From assembly GCF_000150275.1 (NCBI RefSeq), contig NW_002060947.1, positions 1,419,199 to 1,483,198 on the forward strand: DNA of 64,000 nt, read 5' to 3'. Positions 52,475-64,000 of the stretch are shown one piece after another. The DNA comes from Trichoplax adhaerens (Eukaryota; Animalia; Placozoa). The notes under the pieces are model-generated. The model did not search any database. It worked only from the letters and a program-made list of their open reading frames with translations, and was not told the DNA's origin. A program made the translations under genes and the position numbers. Numbering within the stretch: the stretch's first letter is position 1; each line of letters opens with the position of its first letter.

Positions 52475-53649
52475 TTTATCGGAAAGATATTGCTAAACAG
52501 ATATGACACTGTATTAGCCTAAGAAAGAATATGACCGCTGAATTTGGCTTAACTAAGCACTTAACTGCTAATTTCAATTTATCATTTAAAAAATATCAAA
52601 ACATCATTAATTTAATTTAATGGTTACCAGCTAGCATGAACTATCGACAATTTTTGTATCATACGTATTAGGCCACTGTAATGAAGTTTACAATTGCATA
52701 CATAAATACTGTCAAAATTCTATAGCTACTGCCGATGAGTTTAACATGTACATGCTGTAATATCATGTCATTAGGTAATAACAATTGTATGTGGCTACAT
52801 AGCTTATTATTTAGCATTGCAATATTATTAGATTTTATTAAGAACGGAAGCAAGCTAATGTTTTTTTTTTTTCTTACAAAATTGATGTAGTACAAATTGC
52901 TTTTTCTTACCTAGAAATGTGATAATGCTCTATTTAAGGCTTGGTAACTAGCCCTAAATCTATTTCGAATGAAGGAGACTGCGTCAATTATCAAGGACGT
53001 CTAACATATTAGATACCTTATTGAAGCTTACTGAATTTAATTATTGTTGCATCATAAGTGAGATTCTACTGCAAACGTAATGATGCTATCCTTGGTTGCA
53101 TTCACTATTAATACATTATTATTAAGGATTACTGTTGATTTCTAATATGTCATTGAAAAATTTGTGATAAATTTTCTCTGAAACAGATTTTATGTTCTTG
53201 AATTGCTGACATTATTTTATAGTGCTTTTCTAATGCCAGGTTTATGTTGTTCCACTACATATATAGTGTCTTTCATGAAACACATTCCAAAATATTGATA
53301 TTATGTTTATGTACGATGTATGAGACAGCCTAGTTTTCATTGGTACCCAACGTTAACAATGATGAAAATGAATGGTCAAAAATTGCTTTAATTAATGCTT
53401 TATACTTATTGATGAGTGATAATATCGTAAAACAACGAACTAGAGACATTTCTAATCAACAGAATCAGTTATTGAGCAACAACGCCATAAGCTATAATCC
53501 AGTGAATTTGTGTTGATGCATTCATGATTGCTTTGGGCAGTAATATCGTACCTATTTACAGGTAAAAGAAAAACTTTTACCTACCGCCATTAGTTTATCC
53601 ACGACCAGTTTGATACTACTGTACTACTTCTACTGATATTTGTACTAAC

Positions 53650-53855
53650 ATTTGCAAAGTGCCAAGATTACTGCAGTACTTATGACGTAGAATAGTCATG
53701 TTAGGACCGTAGGGAAGCATCTTTATGGTCAAGACTTTAGACATATACCACAGCTGGTACTGCCTTTTCCAAAGTGCTAAGATTAGTGCAGTTTGAAGGC
53801 ACCCAATAGCTATGCAAGGACCATAGGCAAAACGCTTTATGGTTAGGACTTTCAA
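53650..53855. repeat. Degenerate ~114-bp tandem duplication
   Basis: CAAAGTGC.AAGATTA.TGCAGT...AGGACC.TAGG...CTTTATGGT.A.GACTTT at ~53655 and ~53770. Confidence 0.7.
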
Positions 53856-54510
53856 GTGGAAGTACAACCTTCATATCTTGATAAGTACTGCATGCATTAA
53901 CTAGCCAACTAATCTACTATGCAATCAGTTCACTGACTAGCAAACAAAATCTCGCAGCCAGTTAGCCATTTGCTGAACTCTACCCAATACTCTAGATTGA
54001 TAAAGTAGAAGCCGATTTTTTGGTAATATCATTACGGCCAAGCGGAGAGTACAGTAGGAGGGGAAAAGTATGTATACCTCCGGGAATCAGCATTAAACGT
54101 AGATGGTCCCCGTCGACTTTAAAATGGTGAAAGATCTTTGATAAAAAAAGTTTTAACCTGTAAACTCTATAAAGCCACATTCAAATTGGGGCGATAATGC
54201 GCCAGTTATGTATCTGATATGGGGCCATGTATGCCAAACGGGCAATGTAGAAAAATGCAAATAACTTCTAATGCCAAAACTACCCTAACATATCTTGACT
54301 AAAACTAAACCCTAAACCTCCCCCAACCTTGACATACTCGTATATACAGTACAAATGCCATTTCGATATTTATGTCTAAAGTCATCGATTGATACGTTTT
54401 GTGGAGAAATGCGCGGGTTTCCACTTGGCTACAAATTGATTCATTACACTAGATAGCAATCATTCATTTCTGTACGCTTTGCCATCTCTCAATCTGCAGA
54501 ATGAATCAAC

Positions 54511-55402
54511 ATGGCGTACAGTACTGTCAAAAAGTGATGGCATGGCTACAAATAAGGTCTTGCACTAGTGTTTCACAGATTGAACTCGAGCCGGATTAAA
54601 AGAATAGAATTATCTAGTGGATTCTATCCGAGTTGTTGCTTTCTTCAGCTCAATACGTCAGAGTACATGTCGAAATGTTCTACTAACCGAATTGCGGATC
54701 GACGGATTAGCGCATTTTGAGTTGAAGAAGAAAGCATTAAATGGCGTACAGTACCATCAAAAAGTGATGGCATGGCTACAAGTAAGGTCTTGCATTAGTG
54801 TTTCACAGATTGAACTCGAGCCGGATTAAAAGAATAGAATCATCTAGCGGATTCTATCCGAGTTGTTGCTTTCTTCTTCAACCCAATACAGAGTGCATGT
54901 CGAAAAGTTCTAATGACTGGATTGCGGTTCGACGGATTAGCGCATTTTGAGTTGAAGAAGAAAGCATTAAATGGCGTACAGTACTATCAAAAAGTGATGG
55001 CATGGCTACAAATAAGGTCTTGCACTAGTGTTTCACAGATTGAACTCGAGCCGGATTAAAAGAATAGAATCATCTAGCGGATTCTATCCGAGTTGTTGCT
55101 TTCTTCTTCAACCCAATACAGAGTGCATGTCGAAAAGTTCTAATGACTGGATTGCGGTTCGACGGATTAGCGCATTTTGAGTTGAAGAAGAAAGCATTAA
55201 ATGGCGTACAGTACTATCAAAAAGTGATGGCATGGCTACAAATAAGGTCTTGCACTAGTGTTTCACAGATTGAACTCGAGCCGGATTAAAAGAATAGAAT
55301 CATCTAGCGGATTCTATCCGAGCTGTTGCTTTCTTCTTCAACTCAAAATGCGCGAATCCGTCGATCCGCAATCCAGTCAGTAGAACTTTTCGACATGTAC
55401 TG
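54511..55402. repeat. 230-bp tandem repeat (~3.6 copies) terminating in a ~75-bp inverted arm (MITE-like)
   Basis: ATGGCGTACAGTACT at 54511, 54971 and 55201, with a one-base variant at 54741. 55327-55401 is the near reverse complement of 55122-55196. Confidence 0.95.
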
Positions 55403-55659
55403 TTCTGTGTACGACGAATTTGGAGAATAACGCTTTCACTTTCAACGCAATCTGTGCAAGAAATGGACACCGTACGTCAACTCTAATGACGGATTCGCGT
55501 AAATGGACTCGTCTGCTATCGTTTGATATGCAATTTGTTCCAGTTCTGAGCCTTTTTATGATTTTATTTTGGTTTAAATCAGGAAATTGGGTCAGGAAAT
55601 CGCTCACTTTGGATCATGGACTACCCGAACCTTTCTCAGGTCTAATCCTGAGTGTAGTC

Positions 55660-55770
55660 CAGTACTACAGTGTACAGTGTACAGTGTACAGTGTATAGTA
55701 CTGTACCTGGACTTGGAAAAGCTCAATCCGAGATCGAGTATCACTACTCTGGCTGTACTGTGTACTGTAT
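55660..55770. repeat. TA(CAGTG-TA)n / TACTGTA cluster just upstream of the FPGT ATG
   Basis: TACTACAGTGTACAGTGTACAGTGTACAGTGTATAGTACTGTAC at ~55663-55707. Confidence 0.85.
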
Positions 55771-55861
55771 AATAATCGTGTATTGACTGTGGGTAGTTCC
55801 AAGCCAAGGTGCATTCCCTTTGGATAATTTTGCTGCCGAGGGAAATCATCAATTTGCCGCC

Positions 55862-58288
55862 ATGTCTGAGCTACTGAGGAGAGAAACATTACGAAAAAGA
55901 AATCTTTTCCAAAGTGTACGCCAAGATGATGAACTTGAAATCCCATTCTGGGATATTGTCGTCATTACCGCGTCTGATAGTGAACAAGAAGTGGCTTATA
56001 TGGCTCAATTGCAGGCGAAAATGGGGTGTGAACTACCGGCATCAGTCAAGTATCATGTCTTCCCTGATCCTGTTGGTTTAAAGATCGGCAATGGTGGATC
56101 GACTATGGCTGCTCTTGATAATCTAGAACAGATATATGGCAAAGAATTGGATAATTATAAGGTCTTGATGATCCATGCTGGTGGCTATAGTCAAAGATTG
56201 CCTAGCGCTAGTGTGTTAGGTAAGGACTGTAATACCAGTTGCATCATGTATAGTAGTCAAACTTTCTCTTTTATCCACAATGTCTCCCCCAAATTTCCTT
56301 CAGTCCAATGGATACCAGAATCACTTGCCATTTAACAACAGGGACTGCAATCATACTGTATAAATAGTGTATGAACAACCTCAATTGAATGACAGGGTAT
56401 CGTTATTAATAAACTGTTTGACCGGATACTAGGACAAGATCCATTCAAGCAATGCTTCATAATTTTTGATTAAAGAGCCAGTCACTGAAAGTAAAGTTGA
56501 ATAGTTTACGAAAGTCTTGAAGAATAATTCATCTCCTATATCTTACAACTGTATGGCCTAGAAATGAATTGAATAAAACGACAATGGCTGTATTTTACAG
56601 CCAAGGGTCTAAAATTAAATAGTGCAATCAACAGAGCTACAACACATTACACCAAAGATCATAAAATGAACCCTGAAGTAACAATAGCCAACCATCGTGA
56701 AAATAAACCTAAATCACTATTGTTATCAAGTTATCATTGATATCGACATGATTTTAATAATGAAATAGTAGCTCAATTGACTAGAGTATCAAATTGATAT
56801 TCTTCAATATTCCATGATGTACACTTTGGCAGCAGTAACCAAGAAAAGAGTAAAATGTTTACTCTATCAGTAGTTGACGATCAATTAGTCAATCAATTAT
56901 ATTGTATAAGTAACCAATCAATTTATTTTTTCAAACTGATTGTAGGAAAAATATTTACGGCTTTACCATTTGGAAATCCTCTATATCAAATGATTGAAGC
57001 AAAACTGATGATGTACATTGATTTTCCTTCACGAATGAAAGCTGGAGTTTTTGTAACTTGCGCCGATGACATCGAATTATTTACTATCGATGGAAACTGG
57101 GATTTTTATCAACCAGGATTTACTGCTCTAGGCCATCCTTCTCCGTTAAAAATTGGTACTACTCACGGTGTTTTTGTGTTAAATGCAGAAGACAATAAAA
57201 GTGACTCCGAATTTAGCGTTCAATCGGCTAAATGTCGTCGTTTTCTACACAAGCCTAGTATTGAAGTAATGCATCGGGAAGGAGCTGTGGTTGATGCCGA
57301 TACCGTCTTTACTGATAGTGCTTACTTTATGGACCGGAATACTGCTAAACTTCTACTAAAGTACTACCTCAATCATCGACCTTTACAATGCGAAATCGAT
57401 GCTTATGGTGATTTCTTACAAGCTCTAGGATCTGAAGCCAACGATGACTATACTCATAACACCAGCAATATCACAGACGTAACCGAGACGATCGTTCAGA
57501 CTAGAAAGGAAATTTTTCAGTGGCTAAAAGGCACTCAACTGAATGTTTTGTTGTTTAAAAATTCAGTTTTTTATCATATTGGCACAACGTTGGAATATCT
57601 CAATCATTACTGCAATAATACTGATTTCCAATATGAATTAAGCTGTCACCCGATGGTAATGACTGTGGGCAAAAATGCTCTTACTGATGCATCATGTCCT
57701 GAAGTTGGCTCACGATGTAGCATTATACACTCTAAAATTGGCAAAAATGTTCAATTGTATGGTGAAAGCATCGTCGAATATTGCTTAATCGAAAATGACG
57801 TAACGATCCAGCCGAATTGCATCTTAAGTAATATTCATTTATCATCCAATCTGACAGTTCCAGAAAATTCCTTTCTCCATAGTGTGGCAGTGAAACAAGG
57901 AACACAAAAATATTTTGTAACTGTTGCCTACTCTGTTGGAGATAATATTAAGAAATATACATCAAATATATCACAACTAGATACATTGAATTATGCTGGA
58001 CGAAAGATAAGTCATGTTATTCGTAATGTTTTAAATTTAAATCCTGCAGATATCTGGACGAATGGAACCAAAATCGATTTGTGGCACGCTAAGTTATTTC
58101 CATCATATAAGTCACATCGAGATTCTGTTGAATTCGCAGTTAAAATGCTAAATTATGTGCAAACTGATCGTAGAATAGATTTAGATAGCATACCAAATCG
58201 ACTATCCATGGCAGATGTGATCAAACAAAAAGATGTTTTAAGCATTTTAAATTATCGACGTGACCTGAAAGCAATGGTCATAAGTTGA
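55862..58288 (+). CDS. FPGT: Fucose-1-phosphate guanylyltransferase (GDP-fucose salvage), 2 exons
   Basis: Exons 55862-56219 and 56946-58288. FWDIVVITASD, DPVGLKIGNGGST, IHAGGYSQRLPSASVLG|KIFTALP, GVFVTCADDIE, GTTHGVFV, FLHKPS, EIDAYGDFLQALG, FYHIGT. Confidence 0.95.
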
Positions 58289-61200
58289 AAATCGTTATTA
58301 TTTTTGCGGCTAATGAAACTTACTATCTTGTAGTAACTTATATTCCGCACTTATTTCTATCATCATTATCATCTTTGAAGTTGTAACTATCCCGATACAC
58401 TAAAACAATCCTATGAAGATTTTCAGCATTTAATGTTCAATGTAAATCTTATGTAAATTTATTTAAAATATATACTTTCATTGTGACCTATTACCGTGAA
58501 CAGGTATCACAAGATAAGATTGTAACCTTCTTAATCTAATTATATCTTATTGGCACTGTTATTTTTTATTTTTTCATACAAATGTTATTGGACCATGTTC
58601 TAGCATAAATAGTGATCATTTTGTATTAGCCTTGGCGTCCAAGAGGACTCATTATTATCAATACAATATAGCGATATGATTAGGGTTGATTAATTTTGGT
58701 GGTAAACTAATACCGCTGACTTGGATAATTTTACATCTTCTTTAACATATGTAACATCAATTACTGTATAGGACGATTCCATTTTTTATAATTTTTCATT
58801 GGGTAGCCGATTTTGCTATCCTACAAAAAGAAATGATACTCTAAATTAGTACCTTACGAAATTTTGATCTGGCAGGTTTTTACCACAGCAAACAATTAAT
58901 GAACTTAGACGACATAGAATGAAATCTTTAATATTGCTCTTATATTGTTAAGACTATATTGAAGATTTTGTACTACATCAATGAAGAATAAAACATTGCA
59001 ACCTTCCATAACCATTACACCATACAATCTGTTCGCTATCAAGTCAATGAGAGTGAAATGATGACTTATGTAGCTTTAACACGAAATGGCTTTCAAATAC
59101 TATGAACAATTGTATGTTATATTTCATCATCATATGATCCTTATGTGGCTAGCAATGAAAGTTACACTGATGTAGAGCAGGCAATTTGAACATGAATCAA
59201 AATAGATCTGTGAAACTATCGACATTTTTGTCGCTTCTATTTTGTCTCTTGGGGAAATTATTCAGTATGACTGTTAAAACGAGTGTCAATATTATACAAG
59301 CAGATTACTACTGAAAACGACCAATTCCTTTCTATACTTTGTAGCCTATAGACTGTCTTGTCACGATACAAAAAATAACAGTAATTGAAATACTACTCAA
59401 TGGTGCGATAAATTTAATCCAATTTGCTTACCATAGCAATGGTAATTTCCTAATCGGGTGTAAGCCTACGCTTTTATCCGTATTAGGCTTGCATAGAATT
59501 GATACCTTACTAAACTGAAAGAGCTTCCATACTTTATCCGTTCATTAATAATAAATTAATTAATTTATTTTATAGGGATTCAACGTATTGTAGTAAGTTA
59601 GCACTGTCTTTATTCAGAATCTTTATCTTAAATCAATAGATAACCTCATCAACCCTAAATGTAAAATGGATCAGTCAATATTAATCCTACGGTTCATTCT
59701 AAGGTATTACCGGCTACTTCTACAGTATCTGTAGCACCAACGGGCGATTTAAAGATTTAAGGCTATTTCATCTCTTTTAATTAGACTTTAAATTATATCA
59801 TTAGACTAACCCTCAAGCCCAAAAATGCCCCGTCTACACGTTACGAACTATCTAAAATTGATAATTCTATTCTAAAAAAAATCGAAACAAATGTGTATAT
59901 ATTAACCACAGTGTGATGATTTTAATTGACCCGTATTTTAATTTACCTAGCCAAGCTCCTATTGCGGTTAACATTAAGTAATACTTTCCATTATCATAAA
60001 TTGAATGAAAGTAATTTATATTCTTCGTCATTAAAAGCGAATCACACTACTTGTCACTAGGTGGAGGCTTTTTCAACTGTTTTCCAATAATTTTTTAGTA
60101 GCCGTACAATTAGCAATAGAGAACAACTATATGATTGAATCTACTTGACGCAGCAGGTAGGCAATCTTTGTAAAAAAATAATGCCATTTTTGCCTGAGGA
60201 TATGTACTTAAGGGTTAAGTGCATGGCTGCATCCCTTTATTCCTTAAGTATGAATTATAATACATTTATTTGTTCTGTAGAAGAACCATGGGGCTAAAAT
60301 AGACCATTACAGAGCTACGCAATTTGTTAATATATCCTATTGTTATTCATAAATATTTAAAAGTATCCATGTTTTTAATACAGGCCGCCTATTATTGTTA
60401 TAATTCAGTTCTAGTAAAAGATTAATGTAATATCATTGGATGTATCGATTTAACTACATTATTATGAATCACATTGCTGACTAAGGTCAGTAGCGAACCT
60501 CAGCACTTTAAATAGTTCTAATTATGCAGCATAATCGATTAATTGGAAGGATATCATTGAACTTTGGACAGTTCTTTGACTTGAGATAGATCTGTTTGAT
60601 TTGGTGAGAACATAATATGCGCACCTCAATAGATAAACAAGTGGAAGGTATTACTTAATGGATAGACCTTGTAGTTGTAGCCCAATACAAGAAAAACACA
60701 GGATTAACGACTGTAAACGTATCGTATATCTGCTATCAGGCTTCGATTAATATATCGCGAATTACATTAGTCAAACAGCACTTTCGAAATTCAAAGTGAA
60801 GGTAATCAAAATTAACCCGAAAGTTAAAATAAATGACTAACCTACTGGTCACGTATGCGTATACTGGACGTTAGTCACGTTGCAATAACGCCAGCTTTTT
60901 CTAGAACATAAATGGTATTAACAAAGTATAGGAAAGCATCATTTATGTTAGACTTTGCATGCCATTAACAACTTGGCTATGCCTTGATATCATTTCTTTT
61001 CTGTTTACTAAAAGCCAGTCTGTTTCATCTAGCTAGTATGATTTTATAGATTATGGCCAAAACTAGAAAGATCGATTGTCTGTATAATATCATTAATATC
61101 TGTATTATATTAGGTGTATAAGTTAATATCATTTTTAGGAGGATTGCTTCTATCTTCTTTTATCAACGTTATACGCACTCAAGAATCTTTTACAACTATC

Positions 61201-63284
61201 ACTTTGATTCTCCTTTAGAGGCTAACAAACGTGGAGTGCTATATAGGAATTTTATATTTGACAGAACACTAATGTACATACAATTCACTCTAGGCAGCAC
61301 TTGCTTGATAATTAAACTCAACTTATAAGTTCCGTAAGACTAATTAATCTGAAATTTTTTCTTCAGACTACGCTGTAATTTGATAAATTCAATTTATTCA
61401 TAAAGCTTATAGGAATTCTACATGCAAATTATTATTAATTGCACATTCCTATGCTATTGACTGTTTTATTTGTAGTTCATTAATTAACATCATAAAAGCT
61501 GAAACGAATTGTGTTACAGTTAGACAGTAAGTGTATGTACAAACGAAAAAATTCTATTATCATTAATATCACAAGAAAATGATGGAATAAATACATAATA
61601 GAAATATATGATGTAAAGTAAATGATTCCATAGAATCGTACGGCGTATCCATATAATCTAATATACGGCGACAGCTTCATGGGTGGCCATTGAACTAACT
61701 ATAGCGGCATAATCTGATACAGCCCATCCATATTAGTAATAACATACTGTATTATTATTAAATCATCATAACATTTTACTATTCCAATAGAACAATCGGT
61801 TAACTAAATCGTGTTTAGGCAGAAAAAAAATTAAATTTATCAGCTAATTAATTACCGTATCGCATGCTAGATCTCTTCCATCGTCGTTTAATACAATTTT
61901 ATATTTTATTTTATTTTTATTTTTATTTATAATTTCCAGACTGTTTGCCCCTTGTACCTTAAATGCACTATCTTAATGCAAGGCAGTGTTCTAATACGTA
62001 TAGAATACAGCGTTTACAAAATACTGGTGTTCTCATAGCTTTGCAATAGCAGAAAAGTAATAAGGAATGAATATTATTTACTAGCAAAATATCCAATAGG
62101 AGTAGTAGTATCTTCTATTTTGAACTATGGCCACTGTAGTAATAATTTCTCAAATAGTCACGATCCTTAGCAGAATACGGTATACCATAACAACATCATA
62201 TGTAATCAATGTTGAAAATCAATTGCGATGTTGTTGGATTTTCAAAAGGTATTAAGAAACTAATAAACATCCCTTGTTAATGTTTTAGGAGAAGCAAGAT
62301 TATTATTGTTCGTTCTTCTTTTTCTCGTTAAAATGACGAAAATAAAACTGATTCATCTAGTGTAAATATATTATAAAAATAATAACAAAATAGGAATATC
62401 CCTTCGATTTGGAAGATGGTCTAAATGATTCCTGGATCAGTTTTACGTGAATTTTTTTTGAATCTACTGTATTTTCTTTACGTTGAGTATGATGAAAGTA
62501 TTTTAGCTTGCTTGACATATAGATTGTCAAAATAGACTGGAATATCCATAAAATTGGAAAGATAATAAAATTGTTAATCATCTCTATCGATTTCCTTGTT
62601 GTCATCGACTTTCATTAGGATGAGTACGAGAGAAAATATAGGGATATAGACTATCCAATCCATTTGTAAAACAGATTAGACTATCTATCACATTGAACCG
62701 ATGATACTACAGTAGTAAGTTGTATCCATACTCCTATTTCATTGGAAGCTCGTCAAGAGCGAATAAGATGAGAGCAATTTGACTTACTTTATTTTCTCTT
62801 CAATCCATTTGTAAAATGGACTGGGTTCCCTATGAAATTCCCTTGAAAGATGATATCAGTCCATTTCATGGATATCCCAGTTTTAATCTACTTTCTCTAC
62901 ACTGAATGGTAAGCCTAGAACGAGTTTACTGACAGTAAGTTGCTTACCCTTACTGTTGTTGGCCTATTCAAGCCGATCATAACGACTCTTGCTACCGATA
63001 GATACCCCTTTACAATTTGAAGACAAGACAACATTCGTCTACAAGGAGAATAATCAACCACTAACATTTATTAGTATAGTTATGCCAGCGTCAATATGGA
63101 ATTTGCGCCATGGTTTAAGGATATGATTGCAATGATTGAATTCATGAACTAGGACTAGAAATTGCTTTTGACTTTCTTGTGAAATGTATCGATTGATGAA
63201 TTGATCATGATCTAATGGAAGATTAAATCATCCATAACCAAAGATGATGATACCAAGTAAAATGAGTCTGTTGAAGAAATATCA

Positions 63285-63655
63285 AATTGGACTATTACGT
63301 ATTGAGATTGTGGATGCGCTACCATGACACTAAGTCAATTCATTCACGCAGTCCATAGACTGCCAACTCGACTACCTGGTTGGTTTACAGGATATCCCAT
63401 AGAATCATTTTTAATGAAGTTTTTTTCAATCCATGCGATATCATAGAAAGTACCATAATAAATCGAAATATGGAATTGGGACTATTACGTATTGAGATTG
63501 TGGATGCGCTACCATGACACTAAGTTAATTCATTCACGTAGTCCATAGACTGCCAACTCGACTACCTGGTTGGTTTACAGGATATCCCATAGAATCGTTT
63601 TTAATGAAGTTCTTTTCAATCCATGCGATATCATAGAAAGTACCGTAACAAATCA
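63285..63655. repeat. 190-bp near-perfect tandem duplication
   Basis: ACTATTACGTATTGAGATTGTGGATGCGCTACC at 63291 and 63481. Confidence 0.95.
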
Positions 63656-64000
63656 ATTTCGTCATCGATCTCAGCATTGATTCATGGATTTCAAATGGTG
63701 AATGAAAATATAAAATAAATAATCAAATCACCGGTAATTCTTTCATGCCAAGATCCAATCAAGGAATGGATCTCGTCACTGGCTGCCATGGAAAAGACAG
63801 CGATGTTAATGAGTGGATGAGACCGATGGATTAGCCAATGAAATGGACGCAGATTGAATGAGTGACGATTGAATAGCTGAGTTGTACAAGCACGTCGTCC
63901 AAGCGTGCATCAACGTCGACGATCTCACTGTCATTGCATTCAATCTTGTCGTCACGTGGTCGGTAGCCTTGGAGCGATTTGAATTAATCAAGCAAACAAT

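Noticed and set aside
54058-54085. Mutator-like TIR start (GGGGAAAAGTATGTATACCTCC)
   Set aside because: No matching inverted partner or target-site duplication in the window.

Overview
AT-rich, intron-dense eukaryotic DNA from an animal. The compact GT-AG introns, metazoan gene set and TACAGTA-rich intergenic DNA suggest a placozoan such as Trichoplax, but that is inference only. Seven protein-coding genes are supported: an intronless, catalytically degenerate GT31 glycosyltransferase-like gene (+), PPME1 (+, 15 exons), a SLC25A33/36 pyrimidine nucleotide carrier (-, 3 exons) head-to-head with DNAJC24/DPH4 (+, 4 exons), a TBC1D1/TBC1D4 (AS160) RabGAP (+, ~19 exons), a myristoylated PP2C (+, 11 exons, first intron U12-type) and FPGT (+, 2 exons). 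No tRNA, rRNA, CRISPR array or transposase was recognised. The most unusual signal is non-coding. (i) TACAGTA/TACTGTA and TACAGTGTA units form dense, nested clusters near gene 5' ends. They match Tc1/mariner-type excision footprints, and inside tandem repeats they appear as exact +5/+10 insertions at a TA. (ii) Nearly every gene has its own unrelated tandem repeat a short distance upstream, and two of these arrays end in a fold-back. Exon coordinates were read by eye and may be off by a few bases.
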